This document shows positions 1-10,858 of a stretch of DNA of 64,000 nt, in pieces (the stretch's first letter is position 1; each line of letters starts with the position of its first letter). The position numbers and the translations under genes are program-made. The DNA is taken from positions 160,001 through 224,000 of the forward strand of contig JAULAX010000002.1 in the NCBI GenBank assembly GCA_032654565.1, given 5' to 3'. Source of the DNA: Anaeromyxobacteraceae bacterium. GTDB lineage: Bacteria; Myxococcota; Myxococcia; Myxococcales; Anaeromyxobacteraceae. The notes beneath the pieces were generated by a model that made no database searches, was not told where the DNA came from, and worked only from the letters and a program-made list of their open reading frames with translations.

Positions 1-1
1 G

Positions 2-133
2 GGCGATGTCTACGCCTTCGACCCCGTGAACTACGCCGCCTCCTCCGCCGCCGCCACCACCGTCTGCCCGCTCGGCGTCTACGGCTACGCCTGGGCCGCC
101 GACGTCGCCTGCGCCTCCCGCCCCCTCCCCTGA
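2..133 (+). CDS. 3' end of a gene truncated by the window edge, upstream of the ABC importer
   Basis: Open frame GDVYAFDPVNY...ACASRPLP ends at TGA 131-133, overlapping the next ATG (TGATG coupling); GC3-rich codons. Confidence 0.6.
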   Translation, partial: GDVYAFDPVNYAASSAAATTVCPLGVYGYAWAADVACASRPLP

Positions 134-1065
134 TGCGAGCCGCCCGACCCACGCTCCTCGCCCTCCTCCTCGCCGCCGCGGCGCCGGCGGGGGCCATCAC
201 CCGGGGGCCCGGCCCCACCTCGGCGGCCGCGGGGCCGCTCCTGCCGGTCTCCTCGCGGGGAGCGGCGGCGGGGGGCGCCACCTGGGTGGGCCGGCCGCCG
301 GCGGCCGGAGCCCGGCGCATCGTCACGCTGGCGCCGTCGATGACCGACTACCTGGTGGCGCTCGGCGCCGCCGACCGGATCGTCGGCGTCACCCGCGTCG
401 ACCACGCCCCCGAGGTGGCCGGCCGGCCGCGCGTCGGGGGCTTCCTCGATCCCTCGCCGGAGGCGGTGCTCGGCCTCAAGCCGGACCTGGTCCTCTGGGT
501 GACCGACGGCGGGGCCCTGGCCGCGGTGCGCCGGCTGGCCGAGCTCTCGGCCGGCGCCTTCGCCATCCTCGCCGTCCCGGTGGTCACCGTGGCCGACGTG
601 CCGGCCACCGCCAGGCTGGTGGGCGAGGCCATCGGCGAGCCGGCCGCCGGCGCGGCGCTGGCCGCCCGGCTGCAGGGCGCGCTCGACCGGCTCGGCGCCG
701 GCGCCGCCGGGCGACCCCACCCGCGGGTGCTCTTCGTGGTGGGGCGCGACCCGCTGGTGGTGGCCGGGCCGGGCTCCTTCCCCGACGAGCTGCTCCGCCT
801 CGCCGGGGCGGTCAACGCCGTGGGCGGGTCGCGCCCCTGGCCGGTCTACCCGCTGGAGCTGGCGGTGGCCGCCAACCCGGACCTGGTCATCGACGCCGCC
901 TTCGACGAGCCGGCCCAGGGTATCGAGCGGCTGGCGGCCATCCCGGCGGTGCGGCGCGGCGCGGTGGCCCGGCTGCGGCGCGACGACCTGCTGCGGGCCG
1001 GCCCGCGGATGATCGAGGCGCTCGGCGACCTGGAGCAGGCCCTGCGCGGAGCCGGCCCCCGGTGA
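133..1065 (+). CDS. Periplasmic binding protein of a cobalamin/iron-chelate ABC importer (BtuF/helical-backbone family)
   Basis: Signal peptide; RIVTLAPSMTD, LGAADRIVGV, LKPDLVL and RAGPR motifs; followed by permease and ATPase. Confidence 0.85.
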   Translation: MRAARPTLLALLLAAAAPAGAITRGPGPTSAAAGPLLPVSSRGAAAGGATWVGRPPAAGARRIVTLAPSMTDYLVALGAADRIVGVTRVDHAPEVAGRPRVGGFLDPSPEAVLGLKPDLVLWVTDGGALAAVRRLAELSAGAFAILAVPVVTVADVPATARLVGEAIGEPAAGAALAARLQGALDRLGAGAAGRPHPRVLFVVGRDPLVVAGPGSFPDELLRLAGAVNAVGGSRPWPVYPLELAVAANPDLVIDAAFDEPAQGIERLAAIPAVRRGAVARLRRDDLLRAGPRMIEALGDLEQALRGAGPR

Positions 1066-2104
1066 CCCGCCTGCGGCGCTCCCGGCTGACGCTGGCGCTC
1101 GGCCTCGGCCTGCTGGCCATCGTCGCCGCCGTGGGGGTCTCCTGCCTGCTCGGTCCCCAGCCCATCTCGCTTCGCGCCGCGCTCGACGGCGTCGAGCCCG
1201 ACCGGGCCATCCTCTTCGGCCTGCGGCTGCCGCGGGCGGCGCTGGCGGCGGTGGTCGGCTTCGCGCTGGCCGCGGCCGGGACGGCGCTGCAGGCCCTGCT
1301 GCGCAACCCGCTGGCCGAGCCCTTCGTGCTCGGGGTCTCGGGCGGCGCGGCCCTGGGCGGGACGCTGGTGATGCTGGCGGCGGCCGGGCTCTCGGCGGTG
1401 GCCGGGCCGGCCGGGGCGCTGCTCGGGTCGGCGCCGCCGGTGGCCGCCGGCGCGGTGGCCGGCGCCGTCCTCTCCACCTTCCTGGTCTTCGGCCTCGGGC
1501 GCATCGGGGGGCGGCTGGTGCCGGAGGCGGCATTGCTGGTCGGCATCGTCTTCAACGCCTTCGTGGCCGGGGTCATCACCCTGCTGAAGATGCTGGCCCC
1601 GCCCGACCAGGCGGCCCGGCTGCTCTACTGGCTGATGGGGGCCATCGGCTACGAGTCCCCGGCCACGCTGGCGGCCGGCACCGTGCTGGTGCTGCTCTCG
1701 GTGGGCACCCTCGGCCTGCTCTCGGCCCGGCTCAACCTGCTCACCCTCGGCGACGAGGAGGCCGCCTCGCTGGGCGTCGACGTCAAGCGCACCCGGGCCC
1801 TGGTCTTCTTCGCCGCCTCGGCCGCCACCGGCGCCGCCGTGGCGCTGGCCGGCATGGTCGGCTTCGTCGGCCTCATCGTCCCGCACCTGGTGCGGCGGCT
1901 GGTCGGCCCCGACCACCGGCTGCTGCTCCCCGCCTCGGCCCTCTTCGGCGCCGCCTTCCTGGTGGGCGCCGACGCCCTGGCCCGGCTCGCCTTCCTGCCG
2001 CTCGGCACCGAGCCGCCGGTCGGCGCCGTCACCGCCTTCCTGGGCGGGCCGTTCTTCCTCTGGCTGCTGCGCCGCCAGGCCCGCGAGCACGACGAGGCGA
2101 CCAC

Positions 2105-2108
<4 letters not shown>
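1062..2108 (+). CDS. FecCD/BtuC-family ABC permease
   Basis: LRLPR, LRNPLAEPFVLGVSGGA, LGDEEAASLGV and GFVGLIVPH motifs; GTGA overlap with the previous gene. Confidence 0.92.
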
Positions 2109-2918
<810 letters not shown>

Positions 2919-2929
<11 letters not shown>

Positions 2930-3332
2930 GCGCGCCACCGGCTGGCTCGGCGCCGCCCGGCTGCTGCTGCGCGACCTGGCGCTCCGGGCCCGGCAGCGCT
3001 GGGGGCGGCACCAGCGGCGCGTCTTCCAGCGGCGCGCCGTGGCCTGCGAGGCCCGGCTGGACATCGACGCCGGCACGCTCCACGTCCGGGTCTGCGATAT
3101 CTCCGAGGGCGGCGCCCTGCTCGAGCTCGACGAGCCGCTCGAGCCCGGGGCGCGGGCCCAGCTCCGCTTCCCCGACCTCCCCGGGCGCCCGGCCGCCTGG
3201 TGCGTGGTCCAGCACGCCCGGCCCGAGGGGCGCCGCATCGGCGTCGAGTTCCAGGGCGATCCGGCCGTCAACGCCCGGCTGGCGGCGGCGCTGGTGGAGC
3301 GCCACGGCGCCCCCTCGCCCGGCCTGGGCTGA
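2919..3332 (+). CDS. PilZ-domain protein
   Basis: QRRVFQR (RxxxR) and DISEGG (DxSxxG) c-di-GMP motifs; IGVEF. Confidence 0.8.
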
Positions 3333-3344
3333 GGGCCGCCGCGC

Positions 3345-4238
3345 CTACTGCGGCGGGTAGTAGCGGAGCGAGAGGGCCAGCTCGCGGGCGCTGGACGCCT
3401 GGAACGACTGCTTGTAGCCGAAGTCGATGGAGAAGCCGTCGTCGGAGGTCACGCCGACGCCGCCCGACCACCAGGCGCCGCCCAGCAGCTCGTCGCGCGT
3501 CCAGCCGGCCCGCACCGCCAGCATCCCGCCCACCAGCCCGACGGCGCCGGCGGCGTAGCGGTTGGCGGTGCGCCCGTGGGGAAGGAAGACGCCCCGCCAG
3601 TCGGCCTGCACCCGGACGCTGGTGTCGCTGCCGACCGCCAGCCCGGCCCCCATGGCCTGCGGCAGGGAGTCGGGGTGGTGGGTGGGGACCAGGTTGAAGC
3701 CGGAGACCGCCAGCGTCACCGCGCCGGTCAGGTCCCAGGTCAGGCCGGCGTCGGCGGTGACGGCCTGGATGGGCTCGGCCCCGCCCAGCTTCAGGTAGCG
3801 CCCCTGGACGCCGGCGCGGAGGGTCTCGCTCATGGCGCCGGAGAAGCCGAGCAGGAAGAGGGTGCCCTTGGCGTCGCCCTCCAGCGACTGGAAGTAGCCG
3901 ACCGAGGTGGCCACCGGCGTGCTCACCGGGTCGACCACGACCAGGCCGAGGTAGCGGCCGGTGGTGAGGGCGCCGCGCCGCTCGTTCACCACCATGGCCT
4001 CGGCCACGTAGCCGGTGCGGAGGCCGGTGGCGGCGGGGTTGACCAGGACCGCCTCGCTGCCGGTGATCCCGGCGGTGGCGGCGCTGGTCCCCAGCGCCCT
4101 CGGGCCCACCAGCTCGAAGAGGCCGCCCGGGCAGGGCGGCGACGGGCAGGTCGGCGGGACGTCGGCGGCCAGGGTGGGCGCGGCGGCGAGCGCGAGCAGC
4201 GTCGCGGCGGCGAGGATCAGGGGGTTGGGGCGAGGCAC
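3345..4238 (-). CDS. Putative outer-membrane beta-barrel (FadL/PorV-like N-terminus)
   Basis: Signal peptide; GPRALG...AVLVNPAA hatch-like motif; alternating beta-strands ending LSLRYY. Confidence 0.6.
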   Translation of the reverse strand: MPRPNPLILAAATLLALAAAPTLAADVPPTCPSPPCPGGLFELVGPRALGTSAATAGITGSEAVLVNPAATGLRTGYVAEAMVVNERRGALTTGRYLGLVVVDPVSTPVATSVGYFQSLEGDAKGTLFLLGFSGAMSETLRAGVQGRYLKLGGAEPIQAVTADAGLTWDLTGAVTLAVSGFNLVPTHHPDSLPQAMGAGLAVGSDTSVRVQADWRGVFLPHGRTANRYAAGAVGLVGGMLAVRAGWTRDELLGGAWWSGGVGVTSDDGFSIDFGYKQSFQASSARELALSLRYYPPQ

Positions 4239-4290
4239 GCGGCGAGGATAGCCCGGGAGGGGCCGGGCGCAAGGATGCTAGACTCCCGCC

Positions 4291-5154
4291 ATGTCGAAGC
4301 CCATCCGCAAGGCGGTCATCCCCGCCGCCGGCCTGGGGACCCGCTTCCTCCCCGCCACCAAGGCGGTGCCCAAGGAGCTGCTCCCCATCGTCGACATCCC
4401 CACCATCCAGTACATCGTCGAGGAGGCGGTGGCGGCCGGGGTGCGCGACGTCATCCTCATCTGCGCCCGCGGCAAGGACTCCATCGTCGACCACTTCGAC
4501 ATCGCCGCCGAGCTGGAGGCCAACCTGGAGCGGACCGGCAAGACCGCGCTGCGCGCCGAGATGCGCCGCATCGCCCAGATGGCCCGGGTGGTGACGGTGC
4601 GGCAGCAGGAGCCGCTCGGCCTCGGCCACGCCGTGCTCTGCGCCAAGGCGCTGGTCGGCGACGAGCCCTTCGTGGTGATGCTGGGCGACGACATCATCGA
4701 CGCCAAGGTGCCGGCCACCCGCCAGCTGGCCGACTGCTGGGCCCGCCACGGCCTCGGCACCATCGCCCTCATGGAGGTGCCGCCCGCCGAGACCTCGATG
4801 TACGGCATCGCCGCCGGCACGCCGCTCGACGAGCGCACCACCCGCATCGAGCGGCTGGTGGAGAAGCCGAAGCAGGATCCGCCCTCCACCCTGGCGGTCA
4901 TCGGCCGTTACGTGCTGCCGCCGCGCATCTTCGAGCTGCTGGAGCAGGTCAAGCCGGGCGTGGGGGGCGAGATCCAGCTCACCGACGCGCTGGCCATGCT
5001 GGCCAGGGAGCAGGGGCTGCTCGGCTACCGGTTCGAAGGGGACCGCTACGACGCCGGCGACCGGCTCGGCTACCTGAAGGCCAACATCGCCTTCGCCATG
5101 AAGCGGCCGGAGCTGGCCGGGCCGCTGCGCCAGTACCTCGCGGAGCTGCCGTGA
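4291..5154 (+). CDS. galU: UTP-glucose-1-phosphate uridylyltransferase
   Basis: KAVIPAAGLGTRFLPATKAVPKELLP, QEPLGLGHA, VEKP, GEIQLTDA. Confidence 0.97.
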   Translation: MSKPIRKAVIPAAGLGTRFLPATKAVPKELLPIVDIPTIQYIVEEAVAAGVRDVILICARGKDSIVDHFDIAAELEANLERTGKTALRAEMRRIAQMARVVTVRQQEPLGLGHAVLCAKALVGDEPFVVMLGDDIIDAKVPATRQLADCWARHGLGTIALMEVPPAETSMYGIAAGTPLDERTTRIERLVEKPKQDPPSTLAVIGRYVLPPRIFELLEQVKPGVGGEIQLTDALAMLAREQGLLGYRFEGDRYDAGDRLGYLKANIAFAMKRPELAGPLRQYLAELP

Positions 5155-5885
5155 GCCGTCGCCGCGCCCTCGCCGCCGCCGGGCTGCTGCTGGCCACGCC
5201 GGCGCTCGCCTACCTGCTCCCGGCCACCGCCATCCTGCGCAAGGCGGCCGAGACCCGGGCCGGGCTGGAGCTGAACGCCGTGGAGGCCATCGGGGCCCTG
5301 GAGCTGCGCGGCGCCGCCCTGCCGCCCGGCACGCCGCCGGTGGTCACGGCGCGGCTGCTCCTCAAGACCCCGGGCCGGGCCCGGCTGGAGCTGCTCACCG
5401 CCGACGCCGCCGACGCCGATCGCCCCGCCGCCATGGTGAAGGACGGGCGGCTGCTGGGTCGCGCCGGCCTGGAGCAGCAGCCGGCGGTGACGGCGCTGGT
5501 CCGCGGGCTGGCCACGCTGCTGGCCTGGCCCACCGGCGCCGAGGGGCAGGCGCTGGGCGAGGCGCTGGTGCGGCGCGGGGTGAAGCTCGACGAGGTCTCG
5601 CTGGGGCGGTTCAACGGGCGGCTGGCCTGGGTGCTGGGCGGCCGGCTCAACGACCCGAAGGCCCCGGCGCTGGCGCTGGTCGACAAGGAGAGCTGGATGC
5701 CGCTGCGGCTCCTCGTCACCGAGGGGGGCGCCACCTGGGACCTGCGCCTGCTCGACTGGGCCTCGGCGGTGGGGGCCGACCGGCTCCCCCGGGTCATCGA
5801 GGTCTGGCAGGGGGCGGAGCTGCTGCTCCGCTTCAACACCGAGAAGACCACCGCCAACCCCCGGCTGGCCGACGCCCTCTTCTAG
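5151..5885 (+). CDS. Exported protein, probably LolA-like fold
   Basis: GTGA overlap with galU; signal peptide; C-terminal LPRVIEV...NPRLADALF typical of LolA-like proteins. Confidence 0.6.
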   Translation: MSRRRALAAAGLLLATPALAYLLPATAILRKAAETRAGLELNAVEAIGALELRGAALPPGTPPVVTARLLLKTPGRARLELLTADAADADRPAAMVKDGRLLGRAGLEQQPAVTALVRGLATLLAWPTGAEGQALGEALVRRGVKLDEVSLGRFNGRLAWVLGGRLNDPKAPALALVDKESWMPLRLLVTEGGATWDLRLLDWASAVGADRLPRVIEVWQGAELLLRFNTEKTTANPRLADALF

Positions 5886-5932
5886 TCGCAGGCGTCCCGC
5901 CCGGCGTGGGGCCCGGCTGGTAGAGTCCCCCC

Positions 5933-8140
5933 GTGCTCGTCGAGGTCGCCGTCGCCGCCGCCGTGCGCGGCACCTTCACCTACCGGGTGCCCGCGGCGCT
6001 GAAGGGCGAGGTCTCGCTCGGCCAGCGGGTGGCCGTCCCCTTCGGCAAGAGCCCGCGCGCCACCGGCTACGTGGTCGGCTTCCCCACGGCGCCGCCGGCC
6101 GGCTTCGAGCTGCGCGACGTGGCCGCGGTGCTCGACGCCTTCCCCCCGTTCACGCCGAAGCTGGTGGAGCTGCTCCGCTGGGCCGAGTCCTACTACCTGG
6201 TCCCGCCCGGTGAGCTGCTCCGGGCCGCGCTGCCGCCCGGCCTCAACACCCGCGGCGGCGACGCCGGCCCCGACCGCCGGCGCGTCGAGTACGCCGCCCC
6301 GGCGCCCGGGGCCGCCGAGGCCCTGCCGTCGCTGGGGCGGGCCCGGGCCCAGCGGGCCGTGCTCGAGTACCTGCTGGCCCGCGGCCGCATCACCGTGGAG
6401 GAGCTCAAGGCCGCCTTCCCGGCCGGTCGCGCCGCCCTGGCCCAGCTGGGCCGGCGCGGCCTCGCCGTCATCGACGCCGAGATTCCGGTGACCGGGCGCG
6501 GCGTCCTCCACGCCGCCGACCGCGCCGTCGAGCTGACCGGCCACCAGGCGGCGGCCCTGGCCGAGGTGACCGGCGCCTTCGGGACCTTCGGCACCTTCCT
6601 GCTCCACGGCGTCACCGGCTCGGGCAAGACCGAGGTCTACCTGCGGGCCATCGCCGCGGCCCGGGCCGCCGGAAAGGGGGCGCTGGTGCTGGTCCCGGAG
6701 ATCGCCCTGACCCCGCAGCTCTCCGGGCGCTTCCGGGCCCGCTTCGGCGACCAGGTGGCCCTGCTCCACTCCGGCCTCTCCGACGCCGAGCGCCACGCCG
6801 AGTGGCTGCGGCTGCGGCGCGGTGAGGCCCGCATCTGCGTGGGGGTGCGCAGCGCCATCTTCGCGCCGGTCGAGGAGCTGGGCGTCATCGTGGTGGACGA
6901 GGAGCACGAGCCGAGCTTCAAGCAGGAGGACGGGCCGCCCTACCACGCCCGCGATCTCGCCGTGGTGCGCGGCCGGCTCGAGGACGCCGTGGTGGTGCTG
7001 GGCTCGGCCACCCCGTCGCTGGAGACGCTGGAGAACGCCCGGCGCGGCCGCTACCGCCTGCTCTCGCTGCCGGTCCGCGTCGACGATCGGCCCATGCCGC
7101 GGGTCGAGCTCATCGACCTGGCCCGGCGTCCCCGCCCCCGCCGCGGCGAGCCCCCGGCGCTGCTCTCCGCCGAGCTGCAGCAGGCGCTCGGCGAGACCCT
7201 GGCGGCCGGGCAGCAGTCGATCCTCTTCCTCAACCGGCGCGGCTACCAGACGCTGGTGCTCTGCGAGGCCTGCGGCCTGGAGGCCCGCTGCCCCGACTGC
7301 TCGGTCTCGCTCACCCACCACGCCCGCCGCGGCCTGCTGCTCTGCCACTACTGCGGGCGGCACGAGCCGGTGGCCAGGCCCTGCGCCGCCTGCGGCGGGG
7401 CCCGCTTCGGCCTGGGCTTCGGCACCGAGCAGGTGGAGGAGGCGACCCGGACGCTGCTGCCCACCGCCCGGGTCGGCCGGCTCGACCGCGACGCCGTCTC
7501 CGGCGCCGGCGACACCGCCGCGGTGCTGGCCCGCTTCGCCCGGCGCGAGCTCGACGTGCTGGTGGGGACCCAGATGGTCTCGAAGGGGCACGACTTCCCC
7601 GGGGTGACGCTGGTCGGCGTGGTGCTGGCCGACACCTCGCTGGCGCTGCCCGACTTCCGCGCCGCCGAGCGGACCTTCCAGCTCCTCACCCAGGTGGCCG
7701 GCCGGGCCGGGCGGGGCGCCGACGCCGGCCGGGTGCTGATCCAGACCTACAACCCCACCACCCCGGCGGTGGCCCGCTCGGTGCTCCACGACTACCTGGG
7801 GTTCGCCGAGGAGGAGCTGGCCCGCCGCCAGGCGCTCGCCTACCCGCCCTTCGCCCGGCTCATGGCGGTGCGCGTCGAGGGCTCGGAGGCCGGCGCCCGC
7901 CAGGCGGCCGAGGCGCTGGCCGAGGCGGCCCGGCCGGCGCTGGGGCCGGGGACGGCGCTGATCGGCCCGGCCCCGGCCGCCATCGAGCGGATCCGCGGCA
8001 AGAGCCGCTGGCACCTGCTCTTCCGCGCCGCCAGCAACCCCCCGCTGATGAAGATCCACCGGGCCCTGGCCCTGGTGGCCCACCGCCCGCCCGGCGGCGC
8101 CAGCATCCGCTTCGACATGGACCCCTACTCGATGATGTGA
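5933..8140 (+). CDS. priA: Primosomal protein N' helicase
   Basis: GVTGSGKTEVY, DEEHE, GSATPS, four CxxC, GTQMVSKGHDFP, QVAGRAGR. Confidence 0.97.
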   Translation: MLVEVAVAAAVRGTFTYRVPAALKGEVSLGQRVAVPFGKSPRATGYVVGFPTAPPAGFELRDVAAVLDAFPPFTPKLVELLRWAESYYLVPPGELLRAALPPGLNTRGGDAGPDRRRVEYAAPAPGAAEALPSLGRARAQRAVLEYLLARGRITVEELKAAFPAGRAALAQLGRRGLAVIDAEIPVTGRGVLHAADRAVELTGHQAAALAEVTGAFGTFGTFLLHGVTGSGKTEVYLRAIAAARAAGKGALVLVPEIALTPQLSGRFRARFGDQVALLHSGLSDAERHAEWLRLRRGEARICVGVRSAIFAPVEELGVIVVDEEHEPSFKQEDGPPYHARDLAVVRGRLEDAVVVLGSATPSLETLENARRGRYRLLSLPVRVDDRPMPRVELIDLARRPRPRRGEPPALLSAELQQALGETLAAGQQSILFLNRRGYQTLVLCEACGLEARCPDCSVSLTHHARRGLLLCHYCGRHEPVARPCAACGGARFGLGFGTEQVEEATRTLLPTARVGRLDRDAVSGAGDTAAVLARFARRELDVLVGTQMVSKGHDFPGVTLVGVVLADTSLALPDFRAAERTFQLLTQVAGRAGRGADAGRVLIQTYNPTTPAVARSVLHDYLGFAEEELARRQALAYPPFARLMAVRVEGSEAGARQAAEALAEAARPALGPGTALIGPAPAAIERIRGKSRWHLLFRAASNPPLMKIHRALALVAHRPPGGASIRFDMDPYSMM

Positions 8141-8273
8141 GCGTGGGGCCGCCGGGGACGGCCGGGCAGGCCCCGCCGATATCGGCGGCGGCCCGTCCGG
8201 CGGGCGCCGGGAGGTCGGTCCGCCGGTGCGTGAGCTTGCCCCCCCTCCGGGGCCGATCCATCATCCACCGAGC

Positions 8274-10775
8274 GTGGCACGCCTCCTCCTCGTCGACGAC
8301 GACATCTCAGAGATCTCCGCGGTCAAGCGGGTGCTGTCGCGCTCCGGCCATGCGCCGCTGCTCGCCACCAACGGCTCGGACGCGCTGGCCTCGGTCGGGC
8401 AGGCGCGCCCCGACCTGCTGATCGTCGGCGCCACCTGCGAGGGGGGCGAGGCCATCGAGGCCCTCCGCCAGCTCGAGGAGGACGAGGCCACCCGGGACAT
8501 CCCGCTCCTCCTCCTCGGCGAGTCGGCGGCGGCGCCGGAGCGGGCGGTGCAGCTGCCCCGCCCGGTCGACCCGGCGGCGCTGGCCGAGCAGGTGAAGCTG
8601 CTGCTGGCCGGCGGCCCGGCCCCCCGGTCCTTCGAGCGGCGGGTCTCGGCCCCGGAGCTGCCCGGCTCGCTGGAGCGGCGCAGCGGGCCGAGCGACCCGG
8701 CGCTGGCCCGCAAGGCGGCCGCCGAGGCGCTGCTGGCGCGGGCCCGCGAGCTGCGCGGCCCCCCTCGGTCCACGCCCGGTGACCCGCCCCCCGCCGCCTC
8801 CACCCCGGCGCCGTCGGAGGCGGCGGCTGGGCTCGACGCCCTCTTCGAGCTGGGGCCGCCGGCCGGGGTGCCCGGGGCTCAGCCGGCGCGCGTCGACACG
8901 CCGGTCGGCCTGCGCACCGTCCCCCGCGCCGACACCCCGCCCAGCCTGCGCGCGCTCTCGTCGCCGGCCCGCGCCGCGCCGGAGCCGACCGCGCCACCTC
9001 CCGCGCCTTCCCCCGCGCCACCGCCTGCGCCGCCCGCGGCGCCGCCGTCTGCCCCGCCACCCCGGGCCGCGCCTCCCCCCGCGCCAGCCCCCCCGGCCGC
9101 GCCGCCCCCCGCACCTCCGCCGACGACGGTGGTCCAGCTGGCCCCGCCCGCCCGCTCGGCGCCGTCGCCGACCGCGCCCCAGCCGGCCGCTCCTCCCCCC
9201 GACTGGGAGCGGAACCGCGCCGAGGAGCGGGCGGCCCGCCGCAGGCTGGAGGACGACCTGCGCCTGCTGCGCGAGCAGCTGGAGGCCGACCGGCGGCGGC
9301 ACGACGAGGAGCTGCACACCGTCATCGAGCGTGCCACCGCGCACGAGCAGGCGGCGCTGGAGCGGCAGGCCAGCGTCGCCGAGGCGGCGCGCAAGTCGGA
9401 GGTCCAGGCCGCCGCCACCCGGGCCGCCGCCGAGGCGCTGGCCGAGGCCGAGGCCCGCATCCGCGCCGAGACCGAGGCCGACTTCCGCGCCGTCGCCGAG
9501 GCCGAGGCCTACGCCCGCGCCGAGGGGGAGGTCCGCGACGGGCGGGACGAGCTGCGGGCCCGGGCCGCCGCCGCGCCCGAGGCGCCGCCGCCGGCCGAGC
9601 TCCCCACCCCCTGGTTCGCCGACCTGCCGCCGATCGACCCGGCCCAGGAGGCGGCCCGCCGCCGCGCCCTCTCCCGCCGCGCCCCGTCCGACGCCCTGCC
9701 GCCCGGGCCCCCGGACGAGGAGTCGGCCTGGTCCCGCCCCGCCCCCGCGGCCCCGCCGGCCGAGCTGCGCGGCGGCCAGCTCGACGACCTGCCCATGCCC
9801 CGGCTGCTCACCGTGGCCCTCTCGGCCCGGGTCTCCGGCCGGCTCGACGTGGTGGGCGACGCCAGCCGCGCCCTCTGGTTCGAGGACGGCCGGGTGGTCG
9901 GCGCCGCCAGCAACGCCGCCGGGGAGCGGCTCGACGAGGTGGCGCTCCGGCTCGGCCTGCTCACCCGCGAGCAGTACCGCCAGGTGGCCGGCGCCGTGGC
10001 CGGGCTGGCGACGCGGCGGGCCGCCGTCCTGCTGGTGGACCGGGGCTATCTCAAGTCGGGCGAGCTGACCTCGCTGGTGCGGGCCCGGACCGAGGAGGTG
10101 GTCTTCGGCATCTTCGGCGAGCCGGCCGGCCGGTTCCGCTGGGTCGCCGACCTGGTCCCCTCCGACGAGCGGACCTCGCTCGATCGCCCGCCCCTGGCGC
10201 TTGCCGTGGAGGGGGTGCGCCGCCGCTGGCTGGCGCCACGCACCGAGGCCGTCCTCGGCGGCCCGGCCACGCTGGTGACGCCGGTCCACGGCGGCCCCGG
10301 CGCCGAGGAGCTCGGCCTGCTGCCCCAGGAGCGGCGGGCCCTGGCCATCGCCGACGGCCTGCGCACCCTCGACGAGGTGCTGGCCGCCAGCCCGCTCGAC
10401 ACCCTCTCCACCCGCCAGCTGCTCGCGGCGCTGGTGCTGGTCGGCGCCGTCGGCGTCAAGGTGGTGCAGGCGGGCCGCCCGGCGGCGCAGGTGGCCACCG
10501 GCATCGACCTGGCCCGGGTCAAGGAGAAGCTGGAGCAGGTGCGGCGCGCCGACTACTTCACCATCCTCGGCCTCGGCGGCGCGGCCACGCCGCACGAGGT
10601 GCGGTCCGCCGCCGAGCGGCTCACCGCCGAGTTCCAGCCGGAGCGGTTCCGCGGCCACCAGGAGGAGGGGCTGCCGGCCCGCCTCGAGGAGATCCGGCGG
10701 GTGGTGGCCGACGCCCGCGAGGTGCTGGCCGACCCGTTCCTGCGGGAGGAGTACCAGCGGGGGCTGGCCAGCTGA
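8274..10775 (+). CDS. Pseudo-receiver / Pro-rich linker / coiled coil / DUF4388-like / degenerate J-domain protein
   Basis: LLLVDDD receiver start; LWFEDGRVVGAASN...RLDEVALRLGLL DUF4388-like; DYFTILGL...EEY J-like end; GTG 8274 chosen because the receiver domain begins there. Confidence 0.75.
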   Translation: MARLLLVDDDISEISAVKRVLSRSGHAPLLATNGSDALASVGQARPDLLIVGATCEGGEAIEALRQLEEDEATRDIPLLLLGESAAAPERAVQLPRPVDPAALAEQVKLLLAGGPAPRSFERRVSAPELPGSLERRSGPSDPALARKAAAEALLARARELRGPPRSTPGDPPPAASTPAPSEAAAGLDALFELGPPAGVPGAQPARVDTPVGLRTVPRADTPPSLRALSSPARAAPEPTAPPPAPSPAPPPAPPAAPPSAPPPRAAPPPAPAPPAAPPPAPPPTTVVQLAPPARSAPSPTAPQPAAPPPDWERNRAEERAARRRLEDDLRLLREQLEADRRRHDEELHTVIERATAHEQAALERQASVAEAARKSEVQAAATRAAAEALAEAEARIRAETEADFRAVAEAEAYARAEGEVRDGRDELRARAAAAPEAPPPAELPTPWFADLPPIDPAQEAARRRALSRRAPSDALPPGPPDEESAWSRPAPAAPPAELRGGQLDDLPMPRLLTVALSARVSGRLDVVGDASRALWFEDGRVVGAASNAAGERLDEVALRLGLLTREQYRQVAGAVAGLATRRAAVLLVDRGYLKSGELTSLVRARTEEVVFGIFGEPAGRFRWVADLVPSDERTSLDRPPLALAVEGVRRRWLAPRTEAVLGGPATLVTPVHGGPGAEELGLLPQERRALAIADGLRTLDEVLAASPLDTLSTRQLLAALVLVGAVGVKVVQAGRPAAQVATGIDLARVKEKLEQVRRADYFTILGLGGAATPHEVRSAAERLTAEFQPERFRGHQEEGLPARLEEIRRVVADAREVLADPFLREEYQRGLAS

Positions 10776-10858
10776 CCGGGCCCCGGGGGGTGGCCGGATC
10801 TGGTGCGCGCCGGGGCCGGCCGGGTTAGAACACCGTCACCTCGACCGAGGGATTCCGC

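Noticed and set aside
8980..9200. C-rich repetitive DNA as a non-coding repeat
   Set aside because: It encodes the in-frame Pro/Ala linker of the 8274-10775 protein
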